Shown: positions 32,399-40,185 of the stretch, in pieces | Layout: the number at the start of each line of letters is the position of its first letter | How positions within the stretch are numbered: position 1 is the stretch's first letter | Assembly: GCA_900314925.1 (NCBI GenBank) | Contig: OMXC01000005.1 | Span: 34,346-98,345 of the forward strand | Direction of reading: 5' to 3' | DNA from: an uncultured Bacteroidales bacterium | GTDB lineage: Bacteria > Bacteroidota > Bacteroidia > Bacteroidales > P3 | DNA: 64,000 nucleotides | Program-made: the position numbers and the translations under genes | The notes under the pieces: generated by a model | Database searches by the model: none | Seen by the model: the letters and a program-made list of their open reading frames with translations, nothing else | Told to the model about the DNA's origin: nothing

Positions 32399-32510
32399 CG
32401 AACTTTTTCTCATATTATGCAAATAAATTATGCAAATTGAATAATGTAATTTGCATAATTATTATATACACATGTTATTCAAAAGTTTAAACCTTTCACA
32501 TGGTCGCCAT

Positions 32511-32561
32511 TTAAAGATATTTACTCATTATCTCCTGTATCTCGCCATGCATGTCGGCACG
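32511..32561 (-). pseudogene. Orphan 3'-end fragment of a WYL-regulator gene
   Basis: 32516-32561 matches 33524-33569 at 39/46 nt. It translates ...RADMHGEIQEIMSKYL*, compared with ...RSDMRGEIQEMMNKYQDDNE* in the intact WYL gene. No similarity is seen upstream of the fragment. Confidence 0.75.
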
Positions 32562-33506
32562 ATTGGGTGTGGCATTTGCATAATTTGCACATATGACCTT
32601 ATAGTGGTTGTCGCAAAATATGCGACAACCACTAATCCTCCTCATGTGAACATTCCAGCAACCGTTGCATTTTTTTCGACACATCCAACCTGCCTCATAT
32701 AATAACTTGTGCATTTTTGCACAGGTTGCATGACAAATAACACGCAAATAATGTGTGTTATTCTAACCATCAAGTTCTCTTTGACATACAAGCTGTTAGT
32801 GGCAGACTTATTTTATTGGTATTTCTGTAACTCAATATTGCATGGTTTTCCGGCCATTCCACTTCATCTACCATATTATTAGCATTTTATTATCGCGAAA
32901 ATATTCGTAATAATTTTTTTTCGTTAGATATAATTAGCCATAATTTCGCGTATTCGAAATTTGCTGTAAAATTACACAATTTTTTGAATATGGTAAAATA
33001 TTTTTCACAGAATCACGGAGTTTTCGCTGCCAGATCCACGCATTCTATCAGACTTCATAAGAGGCACGGCCTACGACTAACGTGAAGCAAACGCATTTCA
33101 TAAACCTGCTTTCTTCGTGACTTCTTCGTGGGTTCTTTGTGCCTTCTTTGCAAGCAAAGCAATTACACTGGAAATCAACCAGATGACACCTGCACCAACA
33201 CTAACACACAAACAATTCATTTTCAGCACAATCAGGCCATGACCTTTCGGCGATCCTTCGGCGGTCTCTTTACATTTTGTCAAACCACGTATCATTTTTC
33301 TCTCTATTGACAAAAATTTGTGTATCTTTACAGTCGAAATTCGCGTCACAAATGACATAAAAATCGAATAAGATGCAGATAGAAAGAAGCTGTGATTTGC
33401 TGATTTAGGTTGTCACTTTTGCGTCCTGCGACTGGATCAAGTTGACGGGTTAGTGATTACCGACCGTTTTTTGTTGTCATCCGTGAACTTCTTACCATAA
33501 ACACAA

Positions 33507-34409
33507 TTATTCATTGTCATCCTGATATTTGTTCATCATCTCCTGTATCTCGCCGCGCATGTCTGAACGTAGACTTTCGGGTTGGAGCACCTCGACGGTG
33601 CGGCCAAGGGAGAGGAGTTTCTGTTTGAAATCGTAGGTGGGACGCACACGCAGAGAGAAAATGGAATACTCCTCGGTGCGCTTCAGTTCGTGCTGACTGC
33701 TATGCAGGGGCAACGAACGCAGGTAGTTGGCCTGATAGGCGTTGACCTTCAGTCGTATGGACTCTACAGGCGTATCATCCACAATGATGCCGTAGACACC
33801 CTCGAACATCTTCCTCAGGACGAACTTCGGGTCGCGTTTATAGGTCTCATCTTGCAACTCCACCTTCGTCATGCGGTCGAGGGCGAAGATACGGTACTCG
33901 CCGTCGCGTCGGGCGATGAGGTACCAGCGGCGCTCGAACATCTTTAGAGCATACGGCTGCACGCCGCTGTAGCTGTAGGGCGACTCGCTCCAGTAGGGTT
34001 GATACGTGAAGTTAAGCGTGCGCAGCTCTTTCAACGCCTCCAGCAGCATCGGCAGCATCCTGCTGTCCGTAGGTTCCACCAGGACATATTGCGCTGCCTC
34101 GCGGCTGTCGGCGACGACATGGTTCACCGCTATTGAGTCCATCATCCACTTGCGGAAATACTCCCTGCCGCCATCGTCGGCCAAACGGTAGCGGTACTGA
34201 CCGCCATCCACGTAGCACTCAATCTCGATGCCGAAAAAGTCCATAATCTCGATGCGGTAACGGTGGAAGGAGCGGCGCGCGAAAGCGCCCTCCTCATGCA
34301 GCTCCTCCGTAGCGTTCCAGCGGTCGCCAATCTGCTCAAGCGTCAAGCCCCTATCGCCCGCCCGCATCAGCGTCCCCACCAGCCAGGTATATTTCTTCAG
34401 TACGTTCAT
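33507..34409 (-). CDS. WYL domain-containing transcriptional regulator (N-terminal HTH + WYL)
   Basis: 300 aa. The N-terminal wHTH-like region is LTLEQIGDRWN, and the central WYL motif is MFERRWYLIARRDGEYRIFALDRM. Lies 7 nt downstream of the zinc-ribbon gene. Confidence 0.8.
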   Translation of the reverse strand: MNVLKKYTWLVGTLMRAGDRGLTLEQIGDRWNATEELHEEGAFARRSFHRYRIEIMDFFGIEIECYVDGGQYRYRLADDGGREYFRKWMMDSIAVNHVVADSREAAQYVLVEPTDSRMLPMLLEALKELRTLNFTYQPYWSESPYSYSGVQPYALKMFERRWYLIARRDGEYRIFALDRMTKVELQDETYKRDPKFVLRKMFEGVYGIIVDDTPVESIRLKVNAYQANYLRSLPLHSSQHELKRTEEYSIFSLRVRPTYDFKQKLLSLGRTVEVLQPESLRSDMRGEIQEMMNKYQDDNE

Positions 34410-34416
34410 AAAAACA

Positions 34417-34680
34417 TTATTCCCAAAATGAAGTATCTGTTATGCTTTGCCTAACATTTTCGATTTCAACCCCACAAATCGGACAAATAATTGGCACTTC
34501 TTTGTCGAAGTACCCGCCACATTCACATTTGACATTGCAGTATTCAAGAAATCTGTCCGTTGTCAGCAATTCTTTGCCACACTTGTCGCAATGTAATACA
34601 TCAACCTCTTTTCCAGAGCCATCACGCCATTCAAATTTATCGTTACAGTGAGGGCATTCCACATTGTAACAAATCCCCAT
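34417..34680 (-). CDS. Small double zinc-ribbon protein
   Basis: 87 aa with four Cys pairs: CPHC, CDKC, CEC and CPIC. Its ATG overlaps the upstream stop (TAATG). Confidence 0.7.
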   Translation of the reverse strand: MGICYNVECPHCNDKFEWRDGSGKEVDVLHCDKCGKELLTTDRFLEYCNVKCECGGYFDKEVPIICPICGVEIENVRQSITDTSFWE

Positions 34681-35288
34681 TATTTCTCAACAAGTATTTT
34701 TACCCACCCTGCATCGCCACAGAGTTTATTTTCATCAATGCCAACATTATTTTGAGGATAACCTCGGAATGTCTGTGCACCTTGAACCAATCCCTTGCCC
34801 GTAATCCAACAGAGAGGAAGACCGACTGGCTGCGCATCTCCTTTGGCCTTCCCTACATTGTTCCAGTACCACCTATTGCTATCTTCAATTAGTTTTATCA
34901 CCTCTTCTTTTGTGAGCATGTATAAATCATATTTTATTTCTTCACCATCTGTTTTAATATGTACAAACACCCAAGGGCCAACAAACCTACTTTTCCACTC
35001 GTTATCTTTTACCCACTGTTTGTTTTTCCTGACTATTATGTTTCCTTTGGTGTCCGAGATAAGACCTATTGGGAAATTGGGCTCGTCCGAAGCACTGGAT
35101 TTGACTTGTATAAACTTCGGTTCAAGAGTCTTGGGATTTACTGCAAGAACATCCACACCTTTATAATTGGGGTTGGTGGCATTAAGATTGAAAGCATCCC
35201 ACCCCATTTCTGTTAGTTTCAGTATTACAGCAGTTTCGCCGAGTTTTCCAACTCTGGACTTGTCTCCTTTAAGTTCTTTATAGTCCAT
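34680..35288 (-). CDS. PD-(D/E)xK (Hjc/restriction-endonuclease-like) nuclease-fold protein with uncharacterised C-terminal domain
   Basis: 202 aa. The N-terminal ~65 aa, GKLGETAVILKLTEMGWDAF...YKGVDVLAV...FIQVKS, follow the E...D...(E/Q)xK pattern of Hjc-like nucleases. I do not recognise the C-terminal half. Assignment is by eye only. Confidence 0.5.
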   Translation of the reverse strand: MDYKELKGDKSRVGKLGETAVILKLTEMGWDAFNLNATNPNYKGVDVLAVNPKTLEPKFIQVKSSASDEPNFPIGLISDTKGNIIVRKNKQWVKDNEWKSRFVGPWVFVHIKTDGEEIKYDLYMLTKEEVIKLIEDSNRWYWNNVGKAKGDAQPVGLPLCWITGKGLVQGAQTFRGYPQNNVGIDENKLCGDAGWVKILVEK

Positions 35289-35355
35289 TTTATATTATAT
35301 TGTTACTCTAATTTCCAATAATATAACGACAAAACAAGTTTATTATTATTGTGTT

Positions 35356-35919
35356 TTAAAACAGGCAATTCTTACGTTCCCAGCGTTTTGCTTTGTTCCA
35401 ATAAAGAGTAATAGGTTCGTCGGGATTGGAACGCCAATGTTTGCGCTCAATCTTATCAAGTGCGGTGTCATCATACTGATACTCGTCTGACACAATCCAA
35501 CATGTGTATATTTCGTGTTCTCCAAAACGATTATACCGGGTATTACATGTTTGTTTTACACATTTCTTCAGTTCCTCGGATAGGAGCCTGATTAACTCAT
35601 CATTATCGAGGCACTTTATTCTGCTTGACATTGGGTTGAAGTTGTTCATTGGTTCATCACCCATTATCATCCGCCAAATATAGCGGAATATAACCCAGTG
35701 GATACGACTGCGGTAAATCTCACTTCGGTCCTCGGCGTAGCGTTTAATAACCCGCTTTAGGCTTCCTCCCCTTTGTACAAAACCACCAAGAATCACTAAT
35801 TTTTCATCCAATGTTTTATAATTCCACTCATGGCCACAGTCGTCCCAGAAATCGCGTGTGGCAAGACATGCTTCATAATGTTTTAGATCGCAGTCAAAAG
35901 GTTTCATGTTATCTCTCAT
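35356..35919 (-). CDS. Hypothetical protein (Trp/Cys/Arg-rich, no recognisable family), first gene of the WYL-linked operon
   Basis: 187-aa ORF, AT-rich, preceded by a -7 promoter box. Confidence 0.55.
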   Translation of the reverse strand: MRDNMKPFDCDLKHYEACLATRDFWDDCGHEWNYKTLDEKLVILGGFVQRGGSLKRVIKRYAEDRSEIYRSRIHWVIFRYIWRMIMGDEPMNNFNPMSSRIKCLDNDELIRLLSEELKKCVKQTCNTRYNRFGEHEIYTCWIVSDEYQYDDTALDKIERKHWRSNPDEPITLYWNKAKRWERKNCLF

Positions 35920-35945
35920 GATGTTTATCTATTAGTTTCCGACTG

Positions 35946-35953
35946 CAAAAATA
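35946..35953 (-). promoter_or_regulatory. -7 promoter box (TATTTTTG) of the four-gene operon
   Basis: The minus strand reads gttgTATTTTTGcagtcgg about 27 nt upstream of the ATG at 35919. Confidence 0.55.
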
Positions 35954-36024
35954 CAACAAAGGTATGCCACATCGTGACACACCACAACTATCGTCATCCT
36001 GAGCCTCTCCGACTCCGGTACGTA

Positions 36025-36095
36025 CCCTCTCCGTACTCCCTCCGACAAAAAAACCGTTAAACAACCGGTGAACAGTCGGAGCGGGTACGGAGAAG
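36025..36095 (-). terminator. Inverted repeat/terminator region downstream of the DUF1295-like gene
   Basis: Imperfect 21-bp arms cctctccgtactccctccgac / gtcggagcgggtacggagaag flank a loop. On the minus strand the loop contains ccggttgtttaacgg followed by TTTTTTT. Confidence 0.45.
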
Positions 36096-36116
36096 CTGCG
36101 TGGCTAAAAGGTGCCG

Positions 36117-37064
36117 TCAGCCCTCATACCTCTTTCCGGGGAAGAAGCGGGGCACGCTCTGGCAATAGCGCTTATACTCAGGGTATTTGCCGGCACTTAT
36201 CTCTTCGGCCAGCGACGAGCTGCCCTGGAACAGGACCAACAGCAGCAGCGCACCTATCACACTCCAGTTGAATACGCCCATGCCGGCACCTATGGAGAAA
36301 AGGTAGAAGCACACCCAGATGGCCTGCTCGGCAAAGTAGTTGGGGTGACGGCTGCGGCCCCAAAGGCCTGTGGTGTTGAAGCCTTTGTTGTAGGGCGCCG
36401 GCAGTTCCTCCAGCTTCCTGCCTTCGCCTATCATGGCCCATTTGCGCGTCTGGAAACGCCACTGCTGCTCGTCGGCGACGGTTTCCCAGACGATAAAGCC
36501 CAGCATCAGCACGGCGGCGACGACGTCCATGGCTCCGAAGGGGGCGTCGGAGCGCATGGCCACCAGCGCCGGGAAGGCTGTCATGAGCACCAGGGCATTC
36601 TGGTAGATGGAGATGAAGCCGAGGTCGAAAGCCGCCCACGCCCAACGGTGCTTGAAGGCGGGACCCGAGCGCACCACGGCCCAACGGTAGTCCTCGACGC
36701 CCTCCCAGAACTTGAGGCTGTAGGCACCCTTGCGGGCGAAGTTGACGGTGAGGCGTATGCCCCAGAGCGTGGCCAGCAAGGCCATCACCACTAGACGCGG
36801 GTTCATGCCGCCCTTGACGGCGATGACCCACGTGTAGGCTATGGGCAGCAGGCTCCAGAGCTTGTCCATCTGGCTGTTGTTGCCGGTGGCCTCGCCCACG
36901 ATGAAGCAGAAGGCAGCGCTGCAGGCCGCAATGACAGCCAGCAGCTTGAGGGTCTCAAGCTGGACGGCGTCGAGCGTAGGCCCGACGGCGAAATAAAGTA
37001 CAGGGCAAACGATGATGGACAGCGCCAGTAACGCCGCCATCAAGGGGATATTCATCTTTTTCAT
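36117..37064 (-). CDS. DUF1295/steroid 5-alpha-reductase-like membrane protein
   Basis: 315 aa and multi-pass. The characteristic C-terminal motif is GLWGRSRHPNYFAEQAIW. Confidence 0.75.
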   Translation of the reverse strand: MKKMNIPLMAALLALSIIVCPVLYFAVGPTLDAVQLETLKLLAVIAACSAAFCFIVGEATGNNSQMDKLWSLLPIAYTWVIAVKGGMNPRLVVMALLATLWGIRLTVNFARKGAYSLKFWEGVEDYRWAVVRSGPAFKHRWAWAAFDLGFISIYQNALVLMTAFPALVAMRSDAPFGAMDVVAAVLMLGFIVWETVADEQQWRFQTRKWAMIGEGRKLEELPAPYNKGFNTTGLWGRSRHPNYFAEQAIWVCFYLFSIGAGMGVFNWSVIGALLLLVLFQGSSSLAEEISAGKYPEYKRYCQSVPRFFPGKRYEG

Positions 37065-37088
37065 GGCTGATATAACGGTGAAGATATG

Positions 37089-38192
37089 TTATTCGCTATA
37101 GTTGTGGTCGACCACCACCACTATCTGCATGTCGGCAGCCAACGGTTGCAGCTCGGCCGTAAGGGTGCTGACGAGGGCAGCATCGTCGTGGACGCTGATA
37201 TCGGGCACCACGTCGACCGACAGCATACCTTCCTGCTCCGAATAGTAGAAGCCGTGCACCTGCACTATCTCCTTGTGCGCCGAGAGACGTCTCATGACGG
37301 CACTCTGCAACTCGGCCACAGGACCGCTGCCCGTAACGTTGGCGTAGATGCCTACCGTCATGATGATGCCGTAACGCTCGAACATCAGGGTGGCGATGCG
37401 GCGCGTAAGGCCGTGAATGTCATGGGCGCTCATCGTGTCGTCAACGCTTATGTGCAGCGAGCCTATCATCACGTCGGGCCCATAGTTGTGCAGTATGATG
37501 TCGAAAACCCCATGCACCCCCTTCTGCTCGGTTATGTCGTGCTTGATCTGGCGTATCAGCTCGGGCGACACCTTCTTGCCCAACAGCTCGTTGATGGGCG
37601 AGATAAGCATCTCGAAGCCGGCCTTGACGATGAGCAGCGAGATGGCGGCGCCGAGCCAGCCGTCGATGGAGACATTCCACAGCAGCATGATGCCCGCGGA
37701 AACCAGCGTCGCCAGCGTGATGATGGCGTCGAACAGGGCGTCGCTCCCCGACGCCACCAGCGCGTCGCTCTTCAGCTGCTCGCCTTTGTGCTTCACATAG
37801 CGGCCGAGCAACAGCTTGACGGCGATGGCGACGATGATAACCACCAACGTGACAGTGGTATAGGTGGGCGTCGTCGGAACGAAAATCTTCCTCACCGACT
37901 CGACGAGCGACGTGACGCCGGCGGCCAGCACGATAAGGGCTATGATGATGGCGCTGAAATACTCCACACGGCCGAAGCCGAAGGGGTGTTCACGGTCGGC
38001 GGGGCGCACGGAGAGCTTGGCGCCCAGGATGGTGATGACGCTCGACAGAGCATCGCTGAGGTTGTTGACGGCATCCATCACGATGGCCACGCTGCCCGCC
38101 ACAAGGCCCACCACAGCCTTGAAAGCAGCCAGAAGGACGTTGGCACCGATACCGACCCAGCTGGTGCGGATGATTTGAGATTGACGATCCAT
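37089..38192 (-). CDS. Cation diffusion facilitator (CDF) family transporter
   Basis: 367 aa with a six-TM N-terminal domain containing SVAIVMDAVNNLSDA and HPFGFGRVEY, plus a C-terminal cytoplasmic domain. Confidence 0.88.
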   Translation of the reverse strand: MDRQSQIIRTSWVGIGANVLLAAFKAVVGLVAGSVAIVMDAVNNLSDALSSVITILGAKLSVRPADREHPFGFGRVEYFSAIIIALIVLAAGVTSLVESVRKIFVPTTPTYTTVTLVVIIVAIAVKLLLGRYVKHKGEQLKSDALVASGSDALFDAIITLATLVSAGIMLLWNVSIDGWLGAAISLLIVKAGFEMLISPINELLGKKVSPELIRQIKHDITEQKGVHGVFDIILHNYGPDVMIGSLHISVDDTMSAHDIHGLTRRIATLMFERYGIIMTVGIYANVTGSGPVAELQSAVMRRLSAHKEIVQVHGFYYSEQEGMLSVDVVPDISVHDDAALVSTLTAELQPLAADMQIVVVVDHNYSE

Positions 38193-38321
38193 AGTCTTTT
38201 TCTTTTGAAACGCAGCTCAGCACATTTTATTGTTCCACATGCCGACATACCGCACAATATTTCTTTCATTATCACGTTAATTGGGCCGAAGGCGAAAGAA
38301 CAAAAGAACAGTAATCAAACC

Positions 38322-39227
38322 ATGCTCAAGATACAGGAAATAGAAGTGAAGTCGGTGATGTCGAAATCGAACTTGCCGGTGGCCGACTTCTCGGTGAACC
38401 CCTACGTGGGCTGTGTGCACGCCTGCAAGTACTGCTACGCGTCGTTTATGAAGCGTTTCACGGACCATCCCGAGCCGTGGGGCGAGTTCCTCGACGTGAA
38501 GAACTGGCCCGCCATCAAGGATCGCGGCCAGTTCCGCGGCAAGGAGGCCTTCTTCAGCTCCGTCACCGACCCCTACCAGCCGCACGAGGCCAAGTATGAA
38601 CGTACTCGCCGCGTGCTGGAACAGCTACAGGGCACGGGCATCCGCATCAGTATCTCGACCAAGAGCGACCTCATCCTGCGCGACCTCGACCTGATACGTT
38701 CCTTCCCCGGCTCGCGCGTCAGCTGGAGCATCAACACCCTCGACGAGGACTTCCGCAAAGAGATGGACCTCGGCGTGAGCATCGAGCGCCGCCTGGAGGC
38801 CATGCGCCAGTTCTACGAGGCGGGCATTGACACCACCTGCTTCATCTCGCCCATCTTCCCCGGCATCACCGACGTGGAGGCCATCATCAGCCGCGCCAAG
38901 GGCCAATGCAACCTCGTGTGGCTGGAGAACCTCAACCTGCGCGGCGACTACCGCGGCCGCATCCTGACGTGGATCCACGAGCACCACCCCGAGCTGGACA
39001 CCCTCTACCGCGACATCTACACCCGCAAGGACCGCACCTATTGGGGCGAGCTCGACGCCGATATGCGCCACTTCTGCGCCGACGAGGGTCTGCGCTACGT
39101 CCGCAACGACGACAGCGTCCGTGCCCGCCACGGCGAGCCGCCCGTGGTGGTCAACTACTTCTATCACGAGGAAATCATCCCCTCGGCCCGCAAAGAGCAG
39201 CTGCGGCAGACAAGGACTTGCTGCTGA
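38322..39227 (+). CDS. Radical SAM protein (SplB/COG1533-like)
   Basis: I place the start at MLKIQEIEVK. The CxxxCxxC cluster motif is CVHACKYC. The upstream 412 codons of the tracked 713-aa ORF are antisense to the CDF gene and were discarded. Confidence 0.8.
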   Translation: MLKIQEIEVKSVMSKSNLPVADFSVNPYVGCVHACKYCYASFMKRFTDHPEPWGEFLDVKNWPAIKDRGQFRGKEAFFSSVTDPYQPHEAKYERTRRVLEQLQGTGIRISISTKSDLILRDLDLIRSFPGSRVSWSINTLDEDFRKEMDLGVSIERRLEAMRQFYEAGIDTTCFISPIFPGITDVEAIISRAKGQCNLVWLENLNLRGDYRGRILTWIHEHHPELDTLYRDIYTRKDRTYWGELDADMRHFCADEGLRYVRNDDSVRARHGEPPVVVNYFYHEEIIPSARKEQLRQTRTCC

Positions 39228-39239
39228 CGCCCTCCACGC

Positions 39240-39572
39240 CTACCGCCACAGGCACCGCAGCCAGTCGAAGGCCATGGTGCGCCAACGCAGGTCGCTACGC
39301 CCTTCGAGGCGGTAGGCGGAGCGCTCAAAGGGGATATTGCGGTAGGCCCGGTCGTGATTGCGGTAGCGCAACAGGCCCACCAGCCAGAATAGCAGATACA
39401 GCACATAGAACGGCACCACCAACAGGAAGAGCTGCTGGTAGAGGTGCACGGTCTCGTGGCGCAAGGCATGGCCGGAGAGCGTGTCATCATTGTGGAACAC
39501 AAAGGGAAACAGCGTTATAGCGCTGTAGTCCCGTGGCGGGAAATGCCGAGTATGTACGAGCAGGGGCTTCAT
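39240..39572 (-). CDS. Small hypothetical membrane protein with HExxH motif
   Basis: 110 aa from MKPLLVH. It contains HETVH followed by a TM helix. A -7 box (TATCTTTG, 39586-39593) lies just upstream. The longer tracked ORF is antisense to smpB. Confidence 0.5.
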   Translation of the reverse strand: MKPLLVHTRHFPPRDYSAITLFPFVFHNDDTLSGHALRHETVHLYQQLFLLVVPFYVLYLLFWLVGLLRYRNHDRAYRNIPFERSAYRLEGRSDLRWRTMAFDWLRCLWR

Positions 39573-39644
39573 CGTTTTCCGACTGCAAAGATACGCATTT
39601 TTTTGTTGCGCGCAATATTTTGCGTCGCTTCTCGTTGTAAAGGC

Positions 39645-40097
39645 ATGGAAGAGAAGAATATCATCGAGATAAAGAACAAGCGCGCCGCCTACGAGTACTT
39701 CCTGATGGACGAGTACCAGGCAGGACTCGTGCTGATGGGCAGCGAAATAAAAAGCATCCGCGAGGGCAAGGCCAACCTCAGCGACGCCTGGTGCACTTTC
39801 ATCGGCAACGAACTCTTTGTAAGGGATATGCACATCTCGGAGTACAAGTTCGGCAGCTACTGGGGCCACCAAGCCAAGCGCGACCGCAAGCTGCTGCTCA
39901 CACGCCGCGAGCTGCGCAAGCTGCAGAACAAGATCAAGGAGCGCGGCTACACCATAGTGCCCGAGCTGCTGTATGTCGACTCCCGCGGCTACGCCAAGCT
40001 CACCATCGCCCTGGCCAAGGGCAAACACCACTACGACAAACGCGAGAGCATCAAGGCCAAAGACTCGCGTCGCGACATGGAACGCGAACTGGCGTGA
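39645..40097 (+). CDS. smpB: SsrA-binding protein SmpB
   Basis: 150 aa from MEEKNIIEIKNKRAAYEYF. GSEIKSIR and the basic C-terminal tail are typical of SmpB. Confidence 0.93.
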   Translation: MEEKNIIEIKNKRAAYEYFLMDEYQAGLVLMGSEIKSIREGKANLSDAWCTFIGNELFVRDMHISEYKFGSYWGHQAKRDRKLLLTRRELRKLQNKIKERGYTIVPELLYVDSRGYAKLTIALAKGKHHYDKRESIKAKDSRRDMERELA

Positions 40098-40100
40098 TAA

Positions 40101-40157
40101 GGGTTAAAGTTTAAGGGTTAAGGTTTAAAGTTTAAGGTTTAAGGGGGTAAGGTCAAA
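40101..40157. repeat. 7-8-bp tandem array (GGTTTAAG-like, ~8 units) immediately after the smpB stop
   Basis: gggttaaa gtttaag ggttaag gtttaaa gtttaag gtttaag ggggtaag gtcaaag. Confidence 0.9.
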
Positions 40158-40185
40158 GCGTGATAAATGTGAAAAAAAGAACTCA

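Noticed and set aside
32451-32747. 83-aa (+) and 78-aa (-) ORFs in the AT-rich spacer as real genes.
   Set aside because: They overlap each other and have Cys/His/Ile-rich low-complexity sequence and no promoter or start context. Only the last 16 codons of the minus ORF are meaningful, as the WYL 3' remnant.
37086-38321. N-terminal 412 codons of the tracked 713-aa plus-strand ORF.
   Set aside because: This part is antisense to the CDF transporter gene. The radical SAM domain begins at the internal ATG at 38322, downstream of the CDF gene start, so the ORF was trimmed.
39573-40031. Upstream 153 codons of the 263-aa minus-strand ORF overlapping smpB.
   Set aside because: This part is antisense to the well-supported smpB. 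A -7 promoter box sits just upstream of the internal ATG at 39572, so only the 110-codon distal part was kept, and at low confidence.
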